Below are positions 31,016 through 40,827 of a DNA stretch of 64,000 nucleotides, piece by piece; positions within the stretch are counted from its first letter, which is position 1, and each line of letters opens with the position of its first letter. Under the pieces are notes generated by a model. The model searched no databases. It worked only from the letters and a program-made list of their open reading frames with translations, and was not told the origin of the DNA. Source of the DNA: a virus; the IMG/VR virus record IMGVR_UViG_3300035633_000651, positions 1-64,000 of that record, one strand, 5' to 3'. Position numbers and translations under genes: made by a program.

Positions 31016-31465
31016 TCGTCGCCTACCGCCGCTTCCAACGCATGCACCCCTCGACGGAGGCGCTCGGGCTGTGAGAGAGCGACTCGTCCGGTACCGGCGC
31101 TACGAGCAGGGCTCGCTGACAGGCAAGCCTGCGGCCCCGTCCATCTTCGTGTTGACGGTCAAGTCGTGGAACACGGGGATGGCGTCGAGGCTCGCCGTGG
31201 TCGTTCCGCGCGCGGACGCGACGCTTCACCACCACGAGTGCCCTTGGCGCCGTGAAGCTTGGCTGGACGCGAACAACTACGTCTGCTGCGTCTGGTACGA
31301 GCGCGTGCCAGACGAGTCCGGAGAAGGCACGGGCTTCCTGCTGACGGACGCGGACGGCAAGCCTTTCGGGCCAGGCCACACGCGTCAGCTCGTAAAGGCA
31401 TTGCGGCGTCAGGGCTTCATCGAAGGGCCCAAGATCAAGGTGGCCCGCAAAAAGGACCTGCGCAA

Positions 31466-31873
31466 ATGAGTGACATTCGGCCCGAGAACCAGCCTGACAT
31501 CCGTCCGGTCCCCGCGCCCCTGTACAAGCCCACGTGCTACCGGCTGCACAAGGACTACACTTTCGACCTGAAGACACCCAAGGCGAATCAGGTCCGCCGC
31601 ATCACCATTCCGGCCGGCTTCACTTACGACGGCAGCTCGGAATGGGTGATGAGCATCTTCCCAGGCTTCTTGCTCTGGATCTTCGCCATCGGACAGGACG
31701 GACCGCACCGGGCCGCTGCGCTCGTGCACGACTATCTCTACGTGGAGCAGCTCGTGCCGCGAAAGCGCGCCGACGACATCTTCTACGAGATGATGGTCGC
31801 GGCGAAGGTGCCGAAGTGGCGGGCGGGTGTGCGTTGGCTCGCCGTGCGTGCGTTGGGCTGGGTCGTCTACTGA
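31466..31873 (+). CDS. DUF1353-like phage protein
   Basis: IPAGFTYDGSS, AALVHDYLY, ADDIF. Confidence 0.75.
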   Translation: MSDIRPENQPDIRPVPAPLYKPTCYRLHKDYTFDLKTPKANQVRRITIPAGFTYDGSSEWVMSIFPGFLLWIFAIGQDGPHRAAALVHDYLYVEQLVPRKRADDIFYEMMVAAKVPKWRAGVRWLAVRALGWVVY

Positions 31874-32541
31874 TCCCGCTTTGCCCAGTCGGCGCCGTAC
31901 TTCTTCTCGAAGTGCTTCACGGTCCAGCTGGGTGGGACGGTGAAGAAGTAGTCTCGCCACAGCGCCTGGGCCACGCGCTCAGCGCGCAGGCGGCCCCACA
32001 GCGCCACAGACTCTCCGAAGGCATCCCACTCGTCCAGAGCGCGGAAGATGGCCAGACCGACCGTCAGAGGCGCCAGGACGACCGTAGCGACGCCTGCCCA
32101 GAGGAGGGGCCACCAGCTCACGCCGGCGATGCCGAGGACCAGGGTGACGAGCAGGGCCGGAAGACCCAGCGTGACGCTCGGTCCGAGGTAGCCCGTGGCG
32201 TACAGGGGCAGGGTGTACTTCTGGGCACGACGCGCGTGCCGCGCCTCGTGACGCATTGTGATGATCCGGCGCTGGACCCACGACGGCTCGCCGAAGTCTT
32301 CCTCGGAAGCCGCGCTCGTGGGCACGCCGATGGTCGAGCCGATGGTCGTGTAGTAGCCGGTCAGATAGCTGCGGGCGACGACGGGAAGCTTCGCGATGGT
32401 GCGGTGGAGCCAGGACTCATCCTTCGGGATGAGGTGCAGCTTCATCTTCGTGCCGTCGAGGCTCAGGGTGATCGTCTTCTTCATGGCGTAGCGACTCCTC
32501 CAGCTGGCGCTGAACGAGTGCAGCATACGCCTCATGCTCAT
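31867..32541 (-). CDS. Membrane protein with HExxH motif
   Basis: RHEARH plus TM helices; start uncertain. Confidence 0.55.
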   Translation of the reverse strand: MSMRRMLHSFSASWRSRYAMKKTITLSLDGTKMKLHLIPKDESWLHRTIAKLPVVARSYLTGYYTTIGSTIGVPTSAASEEDFGEPSWVQRRIITMRHEARHARRAQKYTLPLYATGYLGPSVTLGLPALLVTLVLGIAGVSWWPLLWAGVATVVLAPLTVGLAIFRALDEWDAFGESVALWGRLRAERVAQALWRDYFFTVPPSWTVKHFEKKYGADWAKRDQ

Positions 32542-33223
32542 CGGTTGCTTGGATTTCGGCCTCCAGAAAAGCCTTTAGCCGGAGCAGCTCTTGGCCCATC
32601 CGGGCTCGCCACTCCGCGGGCGTCTCCATCTTCGGCTCGGACAAGTCATGGGGGTTGACCATGTTCAGCGTCTTGGCGTGGGCAGACCTGAAGCCGGAGA
32701 GCGCCACGAAGCGGATCTCCTGAAGCTCGTCCGCGTCGGCCGCGATCTGCCACGCCTCGGCCCGCTGGATGAGCGTCTCGATGACCTGGAGCTTTTCGGC
32801 CCGGGCGTCCTCGAACTGACTGAAGTCGCGCAGGCGGTCCGCGTGCTCGTGCCGGATACGCTTCTCGCACTCCTCGTCGCTCATCTGAGGCAGCTTCGCC
32901 AGCTGGACGAAGACCTCCCGCAGCTGCTGGGCGGTCTCCGCCTTTGAGGGCGGAGCGACATTCGAGAGGGCGTCGAGCACGATGGAGCGGGCCACCTTCT
33001 CGGTGGTCAGGTCAGAGTCGGTCACTCGGGTTTCCTACCTTGACATGCCGGCATGTGTCAAGTAGAGTGCGAGACATGGGAAGTGCGCAGCGGCTCGCGA
33101 CGGGTCAGGACATGGCGAAGTTCTTCGCGCGACGGGCGAACAAGCACGCCCACCGCTCGATGAAGCGGACGAAGACCCGAGCTGCCCAGAAGCGGCAGGC
33201 CCTGAAGCACCAGGAGTCGTGAC

Positions 33224-34000
33224 GTGGGCACCTGCAAGGACTGCGAAAAGCCTGCCCCTCGGCGCTGCCCCCTATGCACGGGTCGCCTCGAAGAGGTCGG
33301 CTACAACATCGACAACCAGCAATTCCTCGACCCGCGGGACCAGTGCACCCCGTTCATGGGCGACCCGCCCTGCGGAAGTTGTGGTTCGTGTCTACTTCAG
33401 CAGGCGATCTACGCGGGGGTGCCGTTCTGGCCTGAGCCTGTGGGTGAGGTCTTCTGGCAGTGCCGAGACTGCCACGCGCCGATGACGATCGACGAGGCCG
33501 CCGCGCGGTTCGCGGCCTGGTGGCACTACGGGCAGAAGTACGGCGAACGTCCCTACATGTACCACGTCCGCATGGTCGTCTCGATGCTGCGCTTCCACTA
33601 CCCCTCCGCCCGCGAGCACGTGGTCGCCGCGGCCTGGCTGCACGACACGGTGGAAGACACACCGCTGACGCTGACCCACGTCCACAACAGCTTCGGACCC
33701 TCGGTCGCGCAGATGGTCGAGCTGGTCTCGAACGGCGCTAAGGGAACGCGCCGCGAAAAGCATGACGGGCTCCTCGCCCGTCTGGCCGACCCGCGACACC
33801 CGTGGCGCAAGGCGGCAACCTCTGTGAAGCTTGCCGACCGACTGGCCAACATGACGGCTTGTAAGGCGGGGCGCAAGACCAAGCTCTTTCAGATGTATGC
33901 GGACGAGTGGCCGAGTCTGCGAGAGGTCGCCATCGCCAACGGCGCCTACGCCCAGTCAAGTCTGGGCCGAACCCTCGACGAACTGGTGGCGGACGCATGA
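33224..34000 (+). CDS. HD-domain RelA/SpoT-like (small alarmone) hydrolase with Cys-rich N-terminus
   Basis: H.GQ.Y...PY..H, LHDTVEDT, VKLADRLAN. Confidence 0.8.
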   Translation: MGTCKDCEKPAPRRCPLCTGRLEEVGYNIDNQQFLDPRDQCTPFMGDPPCGSCGSCLLQQAIYAGVPFWPEPVGEVFWQCRDCHAPMTIDEAAARFAAWWHYGQKYGERPYMYHVRMVVSMLRFHYPSAREHVVAAAWLHDTVEDTPLTLTHVHNSFGPSVAQMVELVSNGAKGTRREKHDGLLARLADPRHPWRKAATSVKLADRLANMTACKAGRKTKLFQMYADEWPSLREVAIANGAYAQSSLGRTLDELVADA

Positions 34001-34646
34001 CGCCTTTCCTCTGGTTTGGGGTGCTCCTGTGGGCCAGTGGCTACTGCTGGCCTGCCTACCCAGCCCTGGTGCTGCTCTACCTAGGCTGGCGAAAGACTTC
34101 ATTGGTTTACACCTTGGGACTCTCCGCGCTGTTGCTGGCCCCCAACGTGTGGCAGGATCCGAGCAGTGGCCCACCGGACCCACAACTTGCAAGCGCTCCT
34201 GGAAGCGCTGTTTCAGCTGGAATTCCTGCCGAACGAGCTATGGGCGGTGAAGGTGGTGGTGCGTGCCTTGCGACACCCGGACCCGGAGCTGAGGGAGCTG
34301 GCGGTGGCCGTGGCTGCGACCGGGGAGCACCGCGTCTGGGCCCAGGTCCTGTTTGCCTTCGTTCACCGGGAGACGGAACCCTACCTCAGCCGATTCGCCC
34401 GGTTGGTCCTTGACGAACACCGGACACTGTCTGTAGCCTTGTGACATGGACGGACTCATAGGCTTTCTGGCAGTCTTCTTCTTCATGTGCGTCTCTGGGC
34501 TCACGGCCCACCACTGGTTCGACGTGCCTCCGATGGTAGCAGGCGGTATCAGCTGCGGGATGTGGCCGGTCGTCGAGCGCCAGGAGTGGGGGCTGGGTGC
34601 TCTTTGGTACATCATGATGGTCGTCGTCTTCTCGGGGTGGTGAGCG

Positions 34647-35429
34647 ATGATCCACAACCACGACGAGTTTCGCCGGTTCGTCCAGTTCCTGCCCACACTC
34701 AAAGACGACGAGGTGTGGTTCCTGAGCCTGAGCGCCCGGAACAAGTACCTGACCGAGAAGGAGCGGGCGCACTACGGCCTTGGACGTACGGAGATGTTCT
34801 CCCGCTTCACGGCACGAGACACTGATCCAGGCATCGAGTACGTCTGCCAGAAGCTGCAAGCCACGCTGGCCTATCGGCGAACCAAGGGCGGCAAAGAGAT
34901 CCCTGAGAAGGCGCTCGTCACCTACATGAACGTGAACCCGTCGTCGACGGTGAACGGCTACTACCTCTTCAAGCAGGAGATGGACAGCGGGATCCGCGAG
35001 AACTTGCAGGCGTACATGAACGGCAACCAGCCGCGCATGGACGCCTTCCGGACGATGGAGCGCAAGCTCATGAACGCGATCCAGCGCTCGACGTCCCGCA
35101 AAGAGCTGGTCGACATCGACGTGGACACGAAGAGTCCCGAGGTCATGGAGTACGTCCACCGTCGGCTGGCGAAGTGCCAGCGGGCCACGGTCGAGACGGT
35201 GGGCGGCTACCACGTGCTCGTCCGTCGCGAGGACCTGCGAGCGCACAGCGTCAACCTGGGAGAGGTCGTGGGACACGCTCAGGCGCTGGCGGGGACCGAG
35301 GTTGCGATCAACAAGAACGGCATGGTGCCGCTTCCAGGGACGCTCCAGGCGGGACACCTGGTTCAGTTCCAGGTGCACGTCCGCGTGGTTGACATACGCC
35401 GGACAGACCCGCCAACGTCTCAGGCATGA
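34647..35429 (+). CDS. Hypothetical protein, possibly primase-polymerase-like
   Basis: DIDVD and ETVGGYH motifs. Confidence 0.5.
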   Translation: MIHNHDEFRRFVQFLPTLKDDEVWFLSLSARNKYLTEKERAHYGLGRTEMFSRFTARDTDPGIEYVCQKLQATLAYRRTKGGKEIPEKALVTYMNVNPSSTVNGYYLFKQEMDSGIRENLQAYMNGNQPRMDAFRTMERKLMNAIQRSTSRKELVDIDVDTKSPEVMEYVHRRLAKCQRATVETVGGYHVLVRREDLRAHSVNLGEVVGHAQALAGTEVAINKNGMVPLPGTLQAGHLVQFQVHVRVVDIRRTDPPTSQA

Positions 35430-35863
35430 TCTACGTGGCGTCGTCCTGGCGCAATACCCTGCAACAGGGACTGGTCAAGTCCCTCCGTGACCTTGGCTGT
35501 TGGGTCTACGACTTCAAGAACCCAGCCCCGGGCGTGGGCGGCTTTCAGTGGTCCGCGATCGACCCGGACTGGGAGAACTGGGGTCCGGACCAGCTCATCG
35601 AGGCGCTCGACCATCCTCTGTCTGAGCAGGGATTCGGCCTCGACTTCGACGCGATGCACCGGGCCAACCGCTGCGCGCTCCTGCTCCCCTGCGGACGCTC
35701 GGCCCACATCGAGGGTGGTTGGATGAAGGGCGCCGGCAAGCAGCTCGACGTCATCCTGGCCGAAGGCTGCGAGCCCGAACTCATGATCAAGATGGCGGAC
35801 ACCATCCACCCGAACCCCGAGGCGTACCTGGCCTACATCGAGAGGCTGAAGATCCTACGTTGA
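35426..35863 (+). CDS. Nucleoside 2-deoxyribosyltransferase-like protein
   Basis: IYVASSWRN, GRSAHIE.G. Confidence 0.55.
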   Translation: MIYVASSWRNTLQQGLVKSLRDLGCWVYDFKNPAPGVGGFQWSAIDPDWENWGPDQLIEALDHPLSEQGFGLDFDAMHRANRCALLLPCGRSAHIEGGWMKGAGKQLDVILAEGCEPELMIKMADTIHPNPEAYLAYIERLKILR

Positions 35864-36944
35864 CTTCCGCTGTCCGCCTCTAGCAGGGTCAAACCATGGA
35901 AATCGGGGGCATCATCACGCTCACTGCCGTGGGACTGAGCATCCTCGGCACTGCCATCTGGGCCCTCGTCGATTGGTTCAAGAAGGCGCCGGACTTCAAG
36001 GTCGGTGCTGTCGGCGTGAAGTACGTCGACGGCGCATCCGAAGTGCCCGGCATCCGAGAGTACATTCAAGCGATGACCGACGTTCACATCGCCGAAGGGA
36101 CCGACCCCGGCGACTACCACGTTTGGGTCTTTCCACTGGACGCCGAAAACGGCGACCTCAACGCTCGACTCGCCAATGACTCCCGCACCATCACTGGGAC
36201 GGTAGTCCAACTCAGCCTCATTGGAGGCCTCACCTCGCGTCGCACCGTGCGCATTCGAAACCTCGAACGACCGAGTGGTGTACTGGGCACTGCTCTCGGC
36301 CATGAACTGGCTTGGCACGTCGTGCCGTTCGAGACCGGGAAGGGATGGAACCAAGACCATTCCTTGGACGGCGACCCTCTGGAGAACAAGTACGATGCAC
36401 GCTATCGCGAACTCATTGGAGCAAGCGGCTGATTGGCTGGAGAACCACAAATGGCACCAACACGGCTACGCTCCGAAGGACTGGTACCCCGGTTCCCGCC
36501 CCCAACCCACCGCGTGCTGCGTGGTGGGAGCACTGGCGACGGCCAACAGTCTGACGCTCGAAGACGACGGTCTGGTTTGGGCGACCCGTGCTCTGGCCGC
36601 CCATCTGGGGATCGCGCCCGAGGAGGACCCAGACCTGCCTTTCGATACCCTCGAACTCTGGGAGCGAGTGCTGGTGAACGTTGCGAGCTGGAACGATGCC
36701 AGCGACCGAACCAAAGAGGAGGTCATCCTGGAGCTGAGAGCTGCGGCACGTGGATTGCATACCCAAGCCGCATGCCAGACGACGCGCTGAAGGCCCAGGT
36801 CGTCGCGGTTCCCGGCGGCTTCCGTGCCCGAATTATCGGGTCCCGCTACTTCTTCGAGTCCATGACCATGTCACGCGATGGAGCATTCTTGATGCGTGAC
36901 CAGTTCGTGGACGCCATTCAGCGCCTCCGACACAAGGACCAACC

Positions 36945-37154
36945 ATGCCCCGATACAGCTACACCTGCCCTTGCGGCGAGCAGCTCGAACTGAGCGTTCC
37001 GATCGCGGACCGCGACAACCAGCACTGCGGAGGGCAGCACGACAAGTGCCCCCGCGCCCGGGAGGCCGGTGCCTTCGCCGAGAAGCTGACCCGCGAAGAG
37101 ATCCCCCTCCAAGGGGCGCCCGCTTCCTACTCCTGGAGCAAGTGGCAGCGATGA
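36945..37154 (+). CDS. FmdB-like zinc-ribbon protein
   Basis: MPRYSYTCPCG. Confidence 0.6.
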   Translation: MPRYSYTCPCGEQLELSVPIADRDNQHCGGQHDKCPRAREAGAFAEKLTREEIPLQGAPASYSWSKWQR

Positions 37155-37451
37155 TTCACGAAAGGGTGTCACTCGGCGCGGTTTTCGATTCGGACAAGGC
37201 GCGCACACTTCTCCGGGTCGCCCTCCTTCCAGAGGACAAGCGTTCCATTCTGCGACAGCTCGTGCATACGGTCGAGCTGCCAGACGGACCCTACATCGCC
37301 GTGAACGTGGTGAACGTGTTGTCCTGGACCGCGGAGCAGTGGCAAGCTTGCGACGCCTGGCTGAACGCTCTTACAGAGAACGGGGACTCGCCACCGCCTG
37401 ACGTCTGTTTCCAGGAGCGCGACTATCATCCCCGCGTAACGCGTCGGGCCC

Positions 37452-37480
37452 TTGACAAGACCCGGTGACTGTCATATAGT
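37452..37480 (+). promoter_or_regulatory. Palindromic leaderless promoter
   Basis: TTGACA-AGAC-CCGG-TGAC-TGTCA-TATAGT-N6-ATG(37487). Confidence 0.85.
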
Positions 37481-37486
37481 CGCTGC

Positions 37487-37879
37487 ATGACGACGACTGA
37501 CCTCATCCGCACCAAGCACGCCCGCCTGCTCGACCTGAGCACGAGCTTCCGGACCAACGTCTGGTCGACCAAGCTCGACGAGCTGCGTAAGGCGCCCGAA
37601 GACGCCCGCCGCGCCGAGATCGCCCAGCTCCTCCCCGAGTTGGCCAAGCTCGTGAACGACCAGGGCGGTGTCGAGGCGACCCAGCACATTGGGTCTGACA
37701 GCTACGCCGTGCGCGTGAACCGCATGACGCCCTCGGGCAAGACGGTCTTCGTGACCGCGCGGGGCGAGCGCGAGCAGAAGTACACCTGGCGCGAGAAGGG
37801 CGGCTTCCGCTCCGTGGGCGGCGGTTCCTCGTCACTCGGCCTCGGGTACGCCGAGGACTACCTCGACCCCTCCTTCTGA
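37487..37879 (+). CDS. Hypothetical leaderless early protein
   Basis: ATG follows the -10 after a 6-nt gap; ends YLDPSF. Confidence 0.75.
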   Translation: MTTTDLIRTKHARLLDLSTSFRTNVWSTKLDELRKAPEDARRAEIAQLLPELAKLVNDQGGVEATQHIGSDSYAVRVNRMTPSGKTVFVTARGEREQKYTWREKGGFRSVGGGSSSLGLGYAEDYLDPSF

Positions 37880-37925
37880 GCCCCGCGGCCCCTTTTCGCC
37901 TTCAGGGCTTGACGGCTCCCTCAGC

Positions 37926-38297
37926 GTGAGTAGACTGGGGGAGTCATGCAGCGACCTTGCCCTTGCGCCTGAACCTGACCCCGTCACGCACTACTGCGTA
38001 GTCGACGGCACCCTGCCTCACGGAGTGCAGGCCGCGCAGCTCATCCACGCCGCCGGCGAGTCCGGCCCTGCTGAACCCGGTACCTACGCCGTCGCGCTCG
38101 CTGCGACCCCACGACAACTCGACGCCCTGCGCGCCCGTCTCTTCGAGGAGGAGGTGCCCTGCGTCTGTATCTGCGAAGCGGACCCTCCCTGGGACGGCGC
38201 CCTGATGGCCATCGGCCTGAAGCCCGCTCCAAAGAGCCAGGTGCGCCGTTTCGTGTCCCAGCTTCCTCTGGTAGGCAAGGAGGTGGCCCCAACCTAG
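37926..38297 (+). CDS. Pth2-family peptidyl-tRNA hydrolase-like protein
   Basis: GVQAAQLIHA, E.D......AIGLKP, LPL; start uncertain. Confidence 0.65.
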   Translation: MSRLGESCSDLALAPEPDPVTHYCVVDGTLPHGVQAAQLIHAAGESGPAEPGTYAVALAATPRQLDALRARLFEEEVPCVCICEADPPWDGALMAIGLKPAPKSQVRRFVSQLPLVGKEVAPT

Positions 38298-38306
38298 TTC
38301 GTCCAC

Positions 38307-38355
38307 GTGGCGGGCTGTTGGGGCCGTCAGGGAGGTTCGACTCCTCCCCGCCGCA
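38307..38355 (+). ncRNA. Minimal tRNA-like element (acceptor stem plus T arm)
   Basis: GTGGCGG/CCGCCGC-A; GGAGG-TTCGACT-CCTCC; only 17 nt between. Confidence 0.5.
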
Positions 38356-38407
38356 TTCGGGATCCGGTCAGCCCGGTCAGAGAGCTGCAGACTCTCCCCG
38401 AAACCAA

Positions 38408-38482
38408 GCGTCGGTAGCTCAGTGGTAGAGCGCCGTGGACTAAGGCCCCCGGAGGTCGCAGGTTCAAACCCTGCCCGACGCA
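38408..38482 (+). tRNA. tRNA-like RNA with abnormal 20-nt anticodon arm
   Basis: Canonical acceptor, D and T arms; arm CCGTGGACTAAGGCCCCCGG. Confidence 0.7.
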
Positions 38483-38529
38483 AACCAACCCCTTGACGGT
38501 CGGCCGACATCTGCCGAACGCTGTCGGGC

Positions 38530-38709
38530 GTGGCTCCCAAGCTCTGGCCTCACCAGCAGGCCGCCGTTGACGCGGTCAAGAAGACCCTTCGCCGTGCCGA
38601 CAGGTGCTGCGTGTTCTCTGCAACCGGCACCGGCAAGACCCGCACTGAACTCGAAGTCATGTCGCCGCGCAATCGGCGCAAGGTCATCGTCTTGGATGCC
38701 CAGCAATAA
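38530..38709 (+). pseudogene. Truncated SF2 helicase N-terminus (59 aa)
   Basis: LWPHQQAAVDA (Q motif), ATGTGKT (Walker A), then stop. Confidence 0.7.
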
Positions 38710-38760
38710 ATTCTGAAAGTTCTGAGTTCTGACACTTGACAACCACCCAACGTTGTCAGG

Positions 38761-40770
38761 ATGATACTCGAAGTCGGGTGGGAACCCGGCGCGTGGAGCT
38801 GCTGCGTAGGCAGGGAGCGGAAGCGCAAGGTCTACGGACCGAAGCAGATGGATATGATTGAATGCGTTTCGAGTGCGGCTGACCCGGCGTCTGAGGACGG
38901 ACGCCGGGTCAGCTACCTACCTTGCACTGCCTGCGGCACGAAGCAGCACCCCAAGCGACTGCGTAACGACGTGTGCCAGCAGTGCCGGACCCGTACAGGA
39001 GGACAGGTCGTCCGGGCCTACCGATACCGACTGTATCCGACACCCGCACAAGCCGCGCAGCTCGCTCGGGCGGGCGAGATGTCACGCCAGCTCTGGAATT
39101 ACCTCGTGCGAGATGCGGTCGACGTCGCGCGCACGGAGTCGCGCGTGGCGCGCAAGCACTACGCCCGATGGCACGCACGTCACCCCGACGTGGAAAAGAT
39201 GCCGAAAAAGGTCAAGTCTTCGATCTCTGAGCGGGCGAAGAAGGTATGCATCCGTGTGCATGGGCACGACTGGCGGGAGCCTCTGCGGAACCTGCCGCCT
39301 ATGGGCGAGATCACCTCGGCGCTGAGGGCACAGCGTCCCTGGTGGGGGCTGCCTGGCAACATGTCCAACGCGGTGCTTCAAACTGCCCAAGACGCGGTCA
39401 AGAAGAGCCGCCCACCGCGCATGAAGCGTCGAGGTCGGTTCGGGGAGCTGACTCTGCCTGGTCCTACGAACGGTGCGAAGGACTTGGTGCTCGACGAGCG
39501 CGACCCGCGGACTGCCTGGCTCACGGTGCCGAACGCACACCTCAAACTCAAAAAAGGTAAGCGTGTAGAGGACCAGGCGGTCACTGGGAACGTGCGGGCG
39601 AAGCGGCATCGTCCGCGCGTAGAGGACCAGGCGGTCGCCGGGAACGTGCGAGTGCTGCTGCATCGTCCGCTACCGCCTGATATCATTCACGACGAGGGCA
39701 AGCCGGCGGTGCGTCGTGTGGCGTTGGTGCACGAGGCGGGGGCTTGGTACGTCAGCGTGACGTACGAGTATGTCGCGCCTGGACGCGATGTCGCGCCCGA
39801 CCGCGCGTTGATTTGCGGCGTCGACCGCAACATGGCCACTAATCTGTGCACCTTCAGCTGTCCCGTCGGGCCTGTCGTGTACCAGGACGGTACACAGCCG
39901 GAGTCGCTCAGCGCCCCCTGGACGGACCCCTATATGGTGCCGTACCTTGTCTACACCGCAGAAGAGCGGAAGGCGGCGGCGCGCCGTGACGCGCACGCTC
40001 GCCGCATCGCGCGTCTTGTTGCGCGCACGCACCTGGACAAGGCGGCACGCGCGAGCGCGATCAACACCCACAAGTGGGGCCGCCGGTCGCGCGGCGAAGA
40101 CGACCCCGGGCAGCCGAAGTCGAAGCGTTGGGCCGCATCCGACAAAGCTGCAACCAAAGCTGCCGACCGTGGCGCGCGCAACCGCAAAGAAGTTCGGCGC
40201 CTGGTGGCCGACCGGTTGACGTACCACTGCCGCATCGTAGTCTTCGAGGCGCTCGACGCGCGGCAAATGATGGCGCGGACTCCAGGTGCGGGCGCAGGCG
40301 GGCGTGGACGGAACCGGAAGCAGGCGACCCAAGGCTGGGGTGACCTGCGCCTGCAGACGGAGTCTTCTGCCCAATTGCGTGACACGTTGGTCATCGAGGT
40401 GCCGTCTGCTTACACGTCGCAGACGTGCGCTGAGTGCGGGCACCCCGACTCGGCGTCGCGGCAGGACCAAGCCACATACGTGTGCACCGCCTGCGGACAC
40501 ACCGACAACGCGGACCGCAACGCCGCTCGGAACATCGAGCACCGCGGAGCGGCACTGCTCTCTGCGCCTATCGAGCTGGTGCGCGCCGCGCAAAGCCCGA
40601 AGAAAACCAAGACGGGGGCGGCCAAGGACCTGCAGACGCTGCTGTACGCTTGCGAGCGGCTCAGTGCCGCCGAAAAGGCCGACCTCGCTCGCGCCCCAAA
40701 GTGGGCGCAATCCTGGGCACTTAGCTACTTGAAGCGCGTCGCAGCTGACCACAAGGCCCGCAGCAACTAG
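38761..40770 (+). CDS. TnpB-derived type V (Cas12-like) RNA-guided nuclease; true start probably 38848/38854 or 38971
   Basis: RAYRYRLYPT; RuvC-I GVD, RuvC-II VFE, TSQTCxxCG..CxxCG Zn ribbon, RuvC-III NADRNAARNI; adjacent array. Confidence 0.9.
   Translation: MILEVGWEPGAWSCCVGRERKRKVYGPKQMDMIECVSSAADPASEDGRRVSYLPCTACGTKQHPKRLRNDVCQQCRTRTGGQVVRAYRYRLYPTPAQAAQLARAGEMSRQLWNYLVRDAVDVARTESRVARKHYARWHARHPDVEKMPKKVKSSISERAKKVCIRVHGHDWREPLRNLPPMGEITSALRAQRPWWGLPGNMSNAVLQTAQDAVKKSRPPRMKRRGRFGELTLPGPTNGAKDLVLDERDPRTAWLTVPNAHLKLKKGKRVEDQAVTGNVRAKRHRPRVEDQAVAGNVRVLLHRPLPPDIIHDEGKPAVRRVALVHEAGAWYVSVTYEYVAPGRDVAPDRALICGVDRNMATNLCTFSCPVGPVVYQDGTQPESLSAPWTDPYMVPYLVYTAEERKAAARRDAHARRIARLVARTHLDKAARASAINTHKWGRRSRGEDDPGQPKSKRWAASDKAATKAADRGARNRKEVRRLVADRLTYHCRIVVFEALDARQMMARTPGAGAGGRGRNRKQATQGWGDLRLQTESSAQLRDTLVIEVPSAYTSQTCAECGHPDSASRQDQATYVCTACGHTDNADRNAARNIEHRGAALLSAPIELVRAAQSPKKTKTGAAKDLQTLLYACERLSAAEKADLARAPKWAQSWALSYLKRVAADHKARSN
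38845..38913 (+). ncRNA. Anti-repeat plus 14-bp hairpin (3' part of candidate tracrRNA)
   Basis: 26/29 match to reverse complement of CRISPR repeat; stem 38878-38891/38900-38913. Confidence 0.75.
39562..39669 (+). repeat. 54-bp in-frame tandem duplication inside the nuclease
   Basis: RVEDQAVTGNVRAKRHRP / RVEDQAVAGNVRVLLHRP. Confidence 0.9.
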
Positions 40771-40827
40771 GCCCGCGCGCAATCGAAGAAAAAAGACCCA
40801 TGACATCCAACACTTACACCCCCGCCT

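Noticed and set aside
38761-40770. Ordinary IS200/IS605 TnpB transposon
   Set aside because: No TnpA nearby, the protein is much longer than typical TnpB, and it is flanked by an array and a matching anti-repeat
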